DNA of 64,000 nucleotides from an uncultured delta proteobacterium (GTDB lineage: Bacteria > Bdellovibrionota > FAC87 > UBA2466): contig CAVZSV010000004.1 in NCBI GenBank assembly GCA_963778115.1, forward strand, positions 2,112,001 through 2,176,000, read 5' to 3'. The translations under genes and the position numbers were made by a program. Under the pieces are notes generated by a model, which saw only the letters and a list, made by a program, of their open reading frames with translations, ran no database searches and was not told where the DNA came from. Of the stretch, positions 37,489 to 46,276 are shown piece by piece (the first letter of the stretch is position 1; the number at the start of each line of letters is the position of its first letter).

Positions 37489-39009
37489 ATGTCTCATTAC
37501 ATACTTGCCATCGATCAAGGAACTACCGGAAGTACGGCTCTGCTCATCGACGAAACGTTGTCAGTGAAAGCGTCAGCGACGGTTGACTTCCCTCAGCATT
37601 TTCCTAGGCCATCTTGGGTGGAGCACGACCTTACCGAGATTTGGGCCTCGGTCGTTAAAGCGGTGGGAATGGTGATGCAGAGAATTCCTGGGGCTTCGCG
37701 CCAGATCGAAGCGATAGGAATTACTAACCAGCGTGAGACGACCTGTCTGTGGCACCGGGAAGTGGAAGCAACCCCCGTTTGCCGTGCCATTGTTTGGCAA
37801 GACCGGCGGACCGCCGACGAGTGTGCGAAGCTCGTTAAACAAGGCGTCGAAAAGACAGTGCACCGCCGCACTGGGCTACGCTTAGATCCTTATTTCAGCG
37901 GCACGAAGCTCGCGTGGATGCTAAAAAACGTTCCCGAAGCCGCGAGCCTAGCGAAAAAGGGTACTATCGCTTTTGGAACGATCGAAAGCTATTTGTTGTA
38001 TCGAATGACGGGCAGCCATCTCACCGAACCCAGTAATGCGTGTCGAACTCTGCTCATGGATCTCAAGACCTGCGAATGGGATGAGGAGATGTTAAAGCTC
38101 TTTGGCATTCCTAGATCACTACTCCCGCAGATCATGCCGTCTAGTGTGACCTACGGAAAGACGAAAGACTTTCCCGGGGTCCCCGATGGAGTTCCCGTGA
38201 CGGGTCTGGCAGGAGATCAACAGTCGGCACTCTTTGGACAGGCTTGCTTCTCCAAAGGTTCGGCCAAATGCACTTATGGGACTGGCGCGTTTATTTTGGC
38301 GAACACCGGAACGACTCCGGTGTTTTCTAAACACCGTCTGCTGACTTCGGTAGCCTGGAAGTTAGGCAACGACATCACCTATTGTATTGAAGGCAGTGCA
38401 TTCATCGCGGGAGCGGCGGTTCAGTGGGCGAGGGACGGTCTAAAAATGATTTCCAAATCTTCTGAGATAGAAGCTCTTGCCGCGACCGAATTGGATTCCG
38501 ACGGCGTGGTGTTTGTCCCCGCCCTTTCCGGAATGGGAGCCCCCCATTGGTTGCCTACGGCCACTGGACTATTTACGGGAATCACTCGTCGGACCACTCA
38601 AGGCCATATGGCGCGAGCGATTCTCGAAGGGATCGCTTTCCAGGTTCGAGAGCTTTTGGACGCCATGACTCAAGACTTGGGGAAAAAACTCTCTCCCATC
38701 CGGGTCGACGGAGGGGCATCTGCCGATGATCTTTTGATGCAACTCCAAGCCGATCTGCTGGGGGTAGACGTTGTACGATCTCAGGTGATGGAGACCACGG
38801 CGTTAGGGGCCGCTTTACAAGCGGGAATGGCGGTGGGGATGTGGAGTGGAATCGAAGAGATTAGAAAAGAATGGAAAGCAGGAAAGACTTTTTATCCTCA
38901 GATGACATCCGCTAAGCGACGAGAGGAGATTGGCCGCTGGGATCTTGCGATGAGTGCCGTAAGACTTCTGGCGGGAGGCAATAAGTCCACTACTAAGAAG
39001 AAGCATTAA
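37489..39009 (+). CDS. glpK: Glycerol kinase
   Basis: AIDQGTTGS, GITNQRET, AIVWQDRRT, DPYFSGTK, GDQQSALFGQ, KCTYGTGAF, VDGG, ETTALGAA. Confidence 0.96.
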   Translation: MSHYILAIDQGTTGSTALLIDETLSVKASATVDFPQHFPRPSWVEHDLTEIWASVVKAVGMVMQRIPGASRQIEAIGITNQRETTCLWHREVEATPVCRAIVWQDRRTADECAKLVKQGVEKTVHRRTGLRLDPYFSGTKLAWMLKNVPEAASLAKKGTIAFGTIESYLLYRMTGSHLTEPSNACRTLLMDLKTCEWDEEMLKLFGIPRSLLPQIMPSSVTYGKTKDFPGVPDGVPVTGLAGDQQSALFGQACFSKGSAKCTYGTGAFILANTGTTPVFSKHRLLTSVAWKLGNDITYCIEGSAFIAGAAVQWARDGLKMISKSSEIEALAATELDSDGVVFVPALSGMGAPHWLPTATGLFTGITRRTTQGHMARAILEGIAFQVRELLDAMTQDLGKKLSPIRVDGGASADDLLMQLQADLLGVDVVRSQVMETTALGAALQAGMAVGMWSGIEEIRKEWKAGKTFYPQMTSAKRREEIGRWDLAMSAVRLLAGGNKSTTKKKH

Positions 39010-40358
39010 AGTTTATCTTCTAAATCCTGAATGTGTTCGACCGAAATAAGATCGATCCCCTTAACCTCACCTATTTCATCCTTCGCTCGTTTAGGAATAA
39101 AGGCTCGCTTTAATCCTATTCTCTCGGCCTCCTTCAAACGAAGGGCCGCTTGGGGAACACTTCGGACTTCTCCCCCTAATCCCACTTCGCCAAAAAATAG
39201 GCTATCCTTCGACACCGGTTTGTTGGAATAACTTGAGATGAGTGCCGCTATCACCGCGAGATCGGCGGCGGGTTCATTGATTCGAAGTCCGCCCGCCACG
39301 TTTACGTAAACATCCTGATCGTATAACTGAAAGCCACCGCGCTTTTCTAAAATCGCTACGAGTAACGAGACCCGATTGGGATCGAGCCCTATCGCCGTTC
39401 TCCGGGGCATCGCGAGTGAAGTGGGTGAAGCTAGTGCTTGGACTTCGATCAAAAGCGGCCGTGTCCCTTCTATGCTGGCTACGATGACCGATCCTGGAAT
39501 CATCATGGGCCGCTCGGACAGAAAAAGCTCGGAGGGATTGGCGACGGCTCTTAGCCCCTTGCCCACCATCTCAAAAACCCCTATTTCATTGGTGGATCCG
39601 AATCGATTCTTGATAGAGCGAAGGAGTCTAAAATTTTGGGAGGCACTTCCTTCAAAATACAACACGACATCGACCATATGTTCCAAGACTTTAGGTCCGG
39701 CGATAGCTCCTTCTTTGGTGACATGGCCCACCAAGAAAGTGGCGATGTTCTTGGATTTGGCTAATGAAATAATTTGAAGAGCACATTCCCTCAACTGTCC
39801 CACACTCCCAGGCTGGGAATCCAATTTGCTGCTATAGATAGTTTGTACAGAATCGAGAATAAGGATCTTTGGCTTCGTTTTTTCGATATAGTTTTGGATC
39901 TGTTCGAGTGAGGTCTCCGAAACCACGAGAAGCTGTTTGCAATCGACCCCTAGGCGAGTTGATCGAAGGGCTATCTGACCTGTCGATTCTTCGCCGCTTA
40001 CATAGAGTACCTTGGGATGGGCCTTGGCGTATTCGTCGGCGGCTTGAAGTAGCAGAGTCGACTTACCGATTCCAGGCTCTCCACCCAGCAAGACCACACT
40101 GCCTGGGACGAGCCCACCCCCTAAGACGTTGTCTAATTCGTCGATATGGGAATGCAATCTTGGGATATTGAGCGCTACTATCTCAGAAATGGGTTGTGGG
40201 CTCTCCCCGGTTGCCAGTGACGGCTTCGTCCTGTTCGCAGGGGCCACCTCTCGTTCTTCGACGACACTGTTCCAGGCGCTGCACTCCTGGCACTTACCCA
40301 TCCACTTGGAGTACTGTTGGCCGCATTGCTGACAGACGTAGATGAATTTTTCTTTCAT
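39006..40358 (-). CDS. radA: DNA repair protein RadA/Sms
   Basis: CQQCG...CQEC zinc finger, GEPGIGKST, KNRFG, Lon-like C-terminus. Confidence 0.97.
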   Translation of the reverse strand: MKEKFIYVCQQCGQQYSKWMGKCQECSAWNSVVEEREVAPANRTKPSLATGESPQPISEIVALNIPRLHSHIDELDNVLGGGLVPGSVVLLGGEPGIGKSTLLLQAADEYAKAHPKVLYVSGEESTGQIALRSTRLGVDCKQLLVVSETSLEQIQNYIEKTKPKILILDSVQTIYSSKLDSQPGSVGQLRECALQIISLAKSKNIATFLVGHVTKEGAIAGPKVLEHMVDVVLYFEGSASQNFRLLRSIKNRFGSTNEIGVFEMVGKGLRAVANPSELFLSERPMMIPGSVIVASIEGTRPLLIEVQALASPTSLAMPRRTAIGLDPNRVSLLVAILEKRGGFQLYDQDVYVNVAGGLRINEPAADLAVIAALISSYSNKPVSKDSLFFGEVGLGGEVRSVPQAALRLKEAERIGLKRAFIPKRAKDEIGEVKGIDLISVEHIQDLEDKL

Positions 40359-40494
40359 TATAGGCTGAATCTCAGAAGGGCTGGTCGACCGTCAAGCACG
40401 GCATGGAAGCATGGCTAAAGTAATCTTGGCGTCCCGTGTCGAGGTAACTCGAATTCTACCCGAGAAGCGAAAAAGATTCCGCTCATGTTTTTTT

Positions 40495-40687
40495 GCCCGA
40501 ATACACGACCCTCATTGAAAAAAAATGACCGACTGGTACACTTGAAGTATGGGGAGTTCAGGTTTCCCGTCTCTGCGTTTCTGCCGTCTCTAAGATGAGA
40601 CGAAAAACTTAAATCTCGAATCCTCCCCTTCAGCCAACAACTCAAAGAACAAGAAAAAGCCTTTCACTTCGTCACGTTGCCTTGGGC
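40495..40687 (+). ncRNA. Candidate 6S-like RNA (long rod with central bubble)
   Basis: About 193 nt in a 420-nt intergenic gap: GCCCGA/TTGGGC closing stem, TGAAA/TTTCA, A-rich unpaired centre, inner GGGGAG/CTCCCC and AGGTTT/AAATCT, apical CGTCTC/GAGACG. Confidence 0.3.
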
Positions 40688-40781
40688 GTGTAGCAAGGAA
40701 TCCAGTCGATAGGATTCCCTGAGCCTTTACCGCGCCCCAATTCGACGCTGTGCAAATCGGCCGATTCCACTCCAAAAAAAT

Positions 40782-41615
40782 ATGCAAACCACTAAAACGG
40801 ATCTACTGGACCTTTTGCATCGTAACGACCTGCTGAGTGCCGCCCTAATGGTCGGCAAAGTACAAAATCCGGACTTCGATCCGCAACCCTATATAGATCG
40901 CATTCTAGAGGTTGCGGCCCGTGCGTGGCAGCGGACCAATCGCTTTGGCGCCGACAATATTTTAAAAGCCGAGGCCATTAACTACACGCTGTTTAAGGAC
41001 TTTGCCCTCCAAGGCAAGACCGACAAGTACAAACAGGTGATCGACGATCCCAACTGTTATTACCTGCACATGGTGGTGGACAAAAAGAAGGGTTGCCCCC
41101 TTTCGATGTGCGTTCTGTATATGATTATGGCTCGGCAGCTAGGGCTTGAATGTGAATGTCTTGCTCTTCCTTCCTATTATCTGATCAAGGTTTCAGATGT
41201 CGCGACCGATTTTTACGTCGACCCTTTCGACCATGGCCGTTTCCTTAAACCCGAAGAGTTCCATCGAAAATTTCGAGTGAGCCTTGAAAAAAATCGGATG
41301 ATGAGTACCAACCTGTATGAAAAAATAACTCCTTTCCAAGCGGTCGCTCGTTTGGTGCAGCAACTTAAGCACGTCTACATTTTAAAGGGAGATGCCCTGA
41401 TAGCACTTAGGGCGGTAGAGTTACTTTCAGCACTTTTTCCGCAGTCCCCTGAAATTACTCGGGACCGAGGGATTCTCTACTGCGAAATGGAATATTTCTC
41501 CAAAGCCATCCAAGATCTAAAATATTACCTCGCTCAAAGACCTAATGCGGAGGATTTTCGGGAGATTAAGAAGCTGACTTCGATGCTTAAAGGGTATCGG
41601 GAGATTATGAATTAG
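40782..41615 (+). CDS. SirB1/transglutaminase-like protein with C-terminal TPR
   Basis: YLHMVVDKKKGCPLSM, YVDPFDHG, LKHVY, RDRGILY, DLKYYL. Confidence 0.85.
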   Translation: MQTTKTDLLDLLHRNDLLSAALMVGKVQNPDFDPQPYIDRILEVAARAWQRTNRFGADNILKAEAINYTLFKDFALQGKTDKYKQVIDDPNCYYLHMVVDKKKGCPLSMCVLYMIMARQLGLECECLALPSYYLIKVSDVATDFYVDPFDHGRFLKPEEFHRKFRVSLEKNRMMSTNLYEKITPFQAVARLVQQLKHVYILKGDALIALRAVELLSALFPQSPEITRDRGILYCEMEYFSKAIQDLKYYLAQRPNAEDFREIKKLTSMLKGYREIMN

Positions 41616-41637
41616 GCCTAACTGATAAAAAAGTCTC

Positions 41638-41746
41638 GCATTGCGAGGCGCAGCCGAAGCAACCTCTCAGTCATAACGGCGATGACTGAAAATATTTCGG
41701 CCAATATCTTTACCGGGTGCCACGTCGCTTCGCTCCTCGCCATGAC
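41638..41746. repeat. Palindromic intergenic repeat element (RPE/REP-like)
   Basis: Arms GCATTGCGAGGCGCAGCCGAAGCAACCTC and GGGTGCCACGTCGCTTCGCTCCTCGCCATGAC with inner hairpin TCAGTCAT/ATGACTGA, between convergent genes. Confidence 0.6.
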
Positions 41747-41762
41747 GAACGAAGTTGATTAT

Positions 41763-42689
41763 CTAGCTCACCGTCTCTAAAACCCTCGCTGCAACCTTTC
41801 CCGCCGAAATTCCATACTTCTCATACAGCTCTTGCGCGGTTCCCGACTCACCATAGGTGTCCTGAACGCCTAGCCTTAATAATGGAGTAGAACAACCTGC
41901 GTCCGCTAATACCTCGGCAACCGAAGTTCCAAGACCTCCGATGATATTGTGATCCTCCACCGTCACTAAATGCTTACAGTGTTTGGCAAGCTTCATCACG
42001 AGTGCGGTATCGATTGGCTTGATGGTGTGGATATCGACCACCCACGGATTTAAGCCCGACAATTTTTCAGAAGCCTTCAAACACTCGGCAACCGTTGCGC
42101 CGCTAGCCAAGAAAGCAACTTGATTGCCTCCCTCTTTAAGCACAATTCCTTTCCACGGCTGAAACTCCGCTTCCGATTTATAGAGAGCAGGAAGTTTTTG
42201 ACGAGTCAGTCTAAGGTAGACTGGGCCTACGTGCTTGGCGGCAAAGCGAACCGCCGCGCGAGTGGTAACGTCATCACTGGGCTGGATAATCGTCATACCG
42301 GGGAGTGCGCGAAGAACGTTAATATCTTCCAACGCCATTTGAGTATAACCGTCTTCCCCGGTTCCTAAACCGGAGTGAGTTCCCACAATCTTTACGTTTG
42401 CTTTAGAGTAACCCACCGACACGCGGATGGTTTCGTACCGGCCCGCGACAAAACATCCGAAACTGCAGGCAAAAGGAATAAAACCGGTGAATGCCAAACC
42501 AGCGGCCGTCCCGACCATATTCTGTTCGGCGATTCCCATTTGGAAAAAGCGCTCAGGATAGGCTTTTCCAAAATGGGCACTCTTGGTGCTGACACTTAAG
42601 TCCGCATCTAACACCACCAGGTTAGGAATTTCAGCTCCCAAATCCTTTAGGACCTCACCGAATGAGTCTCGTGTTGCTTTTTCACTCAT
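41763..42689 (-). CDS. Transketolase, C-terminal subunit
   Basis: ATRDSFG, LDADL, MGIAEQNMVG, GEDGYTQMALED, GPVYLRL, TIKPID, EDHNIIGGLG. Confidence 0.92.
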   Translation of the reverse strand: MSEKATRDSFGEVLKDLGAEIPNLVVLDADLSVSTKSAHFGKAYPERFFQMGIAEQNMVGTAAGLAFTGFIPFACSFGCFVAGRYETIRVSVGYSKANVKIVGTHSGLGTGEDGYTQMALEDINVLRALPGMTIIQPSDDVTTRAAVRFAAKHVGPVYLRLTRQKLPALYKSEAEFQPWKGIVLKEGGNQVAFLASGATVAECLKASEKLSGLNPWVVDIHTIKPIDTALVMKLAKHCKHLVTVEDHNIIGGLGTSVAEVLADAGCSTPLLRLGVQDTYGESGTAQELYEKYGISAGKVAARVLETVS

Positions 42690-43522
42690 ACGGCTTTTCC
42701 TTTCTCAAGTTCCGCGATCGCCTTTTCCGCTTCCGCTTTACTGGGTGCTGTCCCATGCCAGCCAATATTATTTTCCATGAAAGAGACCCCTTTTCCTTTC
42801 ACGGTACGCGCAATAATAAGGCTCGGCTTCGAAGTCTCTTGTTTCGCCTTCGCGATGGAGTCAAGAATTTGCCCGAAATCATGCCCGTTGATATCTTGTA
42901 CCGCCCAATTGAACGATCGCCATTTATCGGCAAGGGGTTCCAAATTCATCACATCGGCGACACGTCCGTCGATCTGCCCATTATTGTTATCCAAGAATAC
43001 GATGAGATTATTCAGCTTATATTTGGGTGCCGACATCGCCGTTTCCCAGATCTGGCCTTCCTGGGTCTCTCCGTCTCCCATGAGACAAAAGACGCGAGCC
43101 GATCTTTTCTGAAGTTTAAGACCAAGAGCTATTCCCTGGGCGATGGAAAGCCCCTGCCCTAAGGAACCCGTGGAAGCTTCCACTACCGGCATGATCACTC
43201 GATCGGGATGCCCCTGGAGTTTTGAGTTTATGTGGCGAAGTGTCCACAAATCATCCCGAGATATCACCCCTTTTCGGGCAAGTACCGAATAAAGGGCCGG
43301 AACTCCATGGCCTTTGGATAGGATGAACCGATCCCTGTCCTCCCAAAAAGGATTCTTGGGATCCATCTTTATTTCATGGAAAAAGAGGCTCACGATGATG
43401 TCGATGGCCGAAAGGGAACCGCCTGGATGGCCGCTGCCCGCCAGTTGAATCATACGAATGATGTCAACCCGGCACTCGGTCGCAAGCGCCGATAGCTCTT
43501 GAATTGAAGGATTTTCTGGCAT
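42686..43522 (-). CDS. Transketolase, N-terminal TPP-binding subunit
   Basis: GSGHPGGSLS, DRFILSKGH, LQGHP, GSLGQG, GDGETQEG, TVKGKG, WHG. Confidence 0.93.
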   Translation of the reverse strand: MPENPSIQELSALATECRVDIIRMIQLAGSGHPGGSLSAIDIIVSLFFHEIKMDPKNPFWEDRDRFILSKGHGVPALYSVLARKGVISRDDLWTLRHINSKLQGHPDRVIMPVVEASTGSLGQGLSIAQGIALGLKLQKRSARVFCLMGDGETQEGQIWETAMSAPKYKLNNLIVFLDNNNGQIDGRVADVMNLEPLADKWRSFNWAVQDINGHDFGQILDSIAKAKQETSKPSLIIARTVKGKGVSFMENNIGWHGTAPSKAEAEKAIAELEKGKAV

Positions 43523-43606
43523 GGGTTCTTATAACCCGCGTTCCCGGCCCGAGGCAACCCCTGACGCTTGCGGTTTTTGAGCATTTTGGTTAGGTTGCAA
43601 CCCGCG

Positions 43607-44368
43607 ATGACACGTTTTTTTAATGGTTTTGCGGGACTTTGTGCGGTGCTCCTTGTTGGGGTTATCCTAACCGGCTATTTCAGGCAGGCTCTGGGCATTT
43701 CGATTGCTCAACACATGCTGTTCGGATTGCTGACCGCCATCCTCTGTGTGTCTCTTCACTGTCTTATTTTCGCTATTTTTACGGGCTCTGGAAAAGATAC
43801 CAGGCTCTTGTCTGAAGATCTGCACCTTGATCCCTCCTTCTTAAAACGCGCCAAAGCCTTCAAACGCGATATTTTCCCCCCGGCTCTTTACGCGATTTTC
43901 TTTTTGATCGTCACCACCTCTTTCGGAGGGCTGGCCGCTGCACGGGGGACCCAAGGTTGGCTTATCGCGCATATCGCGGCGGTCTGGATAACGGCGGTTT
44001 ATAATTGGCGGGTTCTTTTTAAGGAAGCCATCGGCGTTAGGGCCAATTCACTTCTCATTGAAGAGGTGAATCGGGCTGCCCTGCTGGTGAAGCCGTTAGC
44101 TCATTCCGAAGACACTTCGAACGAAGTCCTTCCGGGAGCCATCGAAAATCTCTCTTGGGGTGTGCACGTCTACGCTTTAGGAAAGTTCCTTGTCTTTCTT
44201 GGCTACAATACGTGGCTTCCCTATCTGTACTTTCGATATATCATGGGTTTACTTACGACACCTTTTTTGCCGTTTTTCGCGGTGAGTGCGATCTTTTTTG
44301 CTGGGGGCTATTATCTTCGTTTTCGCTATCGTCGTTTTCGTCCTGGAGGGGGACCATTGACGGCATAG
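43607..44368 (+). CDS. Hypothetical integral membrane protein (about 6 TM)
   Basis: Multiple hydrophobic segments, some containing His; likely start ATG 43607 (track start 43568). Confidence 0.6.
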   Translation: MTRFFNGFAGLCAVLLVGVILTGYFRQALGISIAQHMLFGLLTAILCVSLHCLIFAIFTGSGKDTRLLSEDLHLDPSFLKRAKAFKRDIFPPALYAIFFLIVTTSFGGLAAARGTQGWLIAHIAAVWITAVYNWRVLFKEAIGVRANSLLIEEVNRAALLVKPLAHSEDTSNEVLPGAIENLSWGVHVYALGKFLVFLGYNTWLPYLYFRYIMGLLTTPFLPFFAVSAIFFAGGYYLRFRYRRFRPGGGPLTA

Positions 44369-45722
44369 AGTTGGAGGCGGCCGGCTCAGACGTGGCGGAA
44401 GATGTCATCGAGACCGACGAATTTGATCTGCTGGGTGGTGTGCCACGCTTCGACGTTGCATCCCGGAGAGTCCCGGAGTTCGTCACAGACGCCGCTTCCT
44501 TAGGCATCAAATCTTTCAATTTCACCATTAGCAGCTCGAGTTTCCTTTGAACCCCCGCGGCTCCGGGTTGGGCCTTGCGGTACTCCACTACTAACTTGAT
44601 AAGTAAGTATTGTTCTTCCACCGGCACGGTCATGACCTTCGCTAATCGGATAATGGAATCATACGGAGTGGCTCCCAACCAATCGGCGGAGAGGGATCGA
44701 TCGCGCGATAAAACCTCTTTGACAAACAGAGCACACTCTTCGGTGTGAAGCCGAATGAACGTGGGGCTCATGAATTTGAAAGCGAGCGCTATCTGAGCAT
44801 CGCTTAATAGGTTCACCCGATTAAAGAGTAATTTGTAGAGTTTCAGCTTCAACCTATCATTATACGGATTAATTTCGAGAAGCTCCGTCCACTGTTGAAA
44901 AGGGGAAAGAACGGGATGGATCTGCCCCGGAGTCGTAAAACGGCTCCAGTAAAGAAATTCACTTCGTGTGTGGAGATGGCCGGGCCAGCGTTGAGCGGTG
45001 CGAAGAACTATCGCCAAAAACATTCCTGAGGCAAATCCAAATACGTGAGCCAAATGGTCTACGTTATCCATCCGGTGAGGTAAGAACTGTGCCGCAGAAA
45101 GCACTAGCTCCAAGAGAATAGCGTCCAAAAAGAAGAAAGAGGAAGTTCTGAGCGAGACCATTCGTTGCCGGCTAGGAAACCAAAAAAAGTATCGGGTCCG
45201 GAATCGGAAATTATAAATATAATAAGTACCCATCAGAGCGAAGATTCCACCGCTAGCTCCCACGTGCGGAACGTAGGCGGCTCCTTTAGAGGACAGTAAA
45301 AGGCTCATAAAGATTCCAAAGCTGCCACCCAAAACGAAAATAGAAAGAGAGCAGAGAAAAGGGATGAAGGTCGCGCAAATTCTTGCCCCGGCGAAAGCGC
45401 CAATTAGATTTAGCAGTAAATGGATCGGGCTTCCGTGGATAAAGTTAGCAAATAGAATTCGTTTGAGGTCCCAGTCAGCGGGTGAAGGGGAGATCTTAAG
45501 CAAAGGGCGTTGTTGAAGATACGCCTCCGCCCCGGGTTTCAGCCCATTATTTCCGTCGGAGGCCACCGCATAAAGATTATCTACGAAAGCCGTATCGGCA
45601 TCTAAGACACCCGATGTCTCCAAATAACAAAGACTCAAAATAATAACGAGCACAAGTCCCTGCCAGATTTGGCGGGAGTGAATTTTAGGAACTTCAGGCG
45701 ATGTGGGTACCAATAAAATCAT
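44253..45722 (-). CDS. Rhomboid family intramembrane serine protease with C-terminal extension
   Basis: FIHGSPIHLLLN, catalytic GASGG, DHLAHVFG; helical then Ser-rich C-terminus. Confidence 0.85.
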   Translation of the reverse strand: MILLVPTSPEVPKIHSRQIWQGLVLVIILSLCYLETSGVLDADTAFVDNLYAVASDGNNGLKPGAEAYLQQRPLLKISPSPADWDLKRILFANFIHGSPIHLLLNLIGAFAGARICATFIPFLCSLSIFVLGGSFGIFMSLLLSSKGAAYVPHVGASGGIFALMGTYYIYNFRFRTRYFFWFPSRQRMVSLRTSSFFFLDAILLELVLSAAQFLPHRMDNVDHLAHVFGFASGMFLAIVLRTAQRWPGHLHTRSEFLYWSRFTTPGQIHPVLSPFQQWTELLEINPYNDRLKLKLYKLLFNRVNLLSDAQIALAFKFMSPTFIRLHTEECALFVKEVLSRDRSLSADWLGATPYDSIIRLAKVMTVPVEEQYLLIKLVVEYRKAQPGAAGVQRKLELLMVKLKDLMPKEAASVTNSGTLRDATSKRGTPPSRSNSSVSMTSSATSEPAASNSMPSMVPLQDENDDSENEDNSPQQKRSHSPRKTAKKVS

Positions 45723-45725
45723 GAT

Positions 45726-46256
45726 TTATTGACGCACCTTTTTTACAGTACTTCCGCTAATGAGATCTTGAACTGCTAAGCGATCGGCTCGAAAGGCGGC
45801 CAAGGCCCATCCGATCCCGGCGCTGGCGCCTCCAAGAACGATTTTTCCTATAACCTCTCGAAATAAGGTCCGCGGAAGCGACAAATTACTACCGGTCTTT
45901 CCGTCCACTATGCGTAAACCTAGAAGAATCTTTCCAAAGCTGCCCCCGAAACGAAACGTTGCCCATACGTCGATGATATAAAAAGACATTGCTTTGACGA
46001 CAAAACTGAACATTAGAAGACCTGTTTCGACTTGGGCGGCGGGATAATGCGACGTTAAGATTCCTCCTGAGGCTCTTGCGATGCGTTCCATTGCCGTTAT
46101 CACCAAGAAGATTAAAATGGCGTCGAGAAGAACCGCCGCACTTCGAGTAACAAGATCGGCATCCGGACAATCTAAATAATGCTCATCTTCCGCTTCCGCT
46201 AGGGTTTCCGAGACCGAACGTCTGCGGGTCTGTTTTTTTTGGACGTAATGTCCCAT
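45726..46256 (-). CDS. RDD family membrane protein
   Basis: RSAAVLLD, SFGKILLGLRIV, FRE, QDLISGSTV. Confidence 0.88.
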   Translation of the reverse strand: MGHYVQKKQTRRRSVSETLAEAEDEHYLDCPDADLVTRSAAVLLDAILIFLVITAMERIARASGGILTSHYPAAQVETGLLMFSFVVKAMSFYIIDVWATFRFGGSFGKILLGLRIVDGKTGSNLSLPRTLFREVIGKIVLGGASAGIGWALAAFRADRLAVQDLISGSTVKKVRQ

Positions 46257-46276
46257 AACGGTTCCCAGTAAAAATA

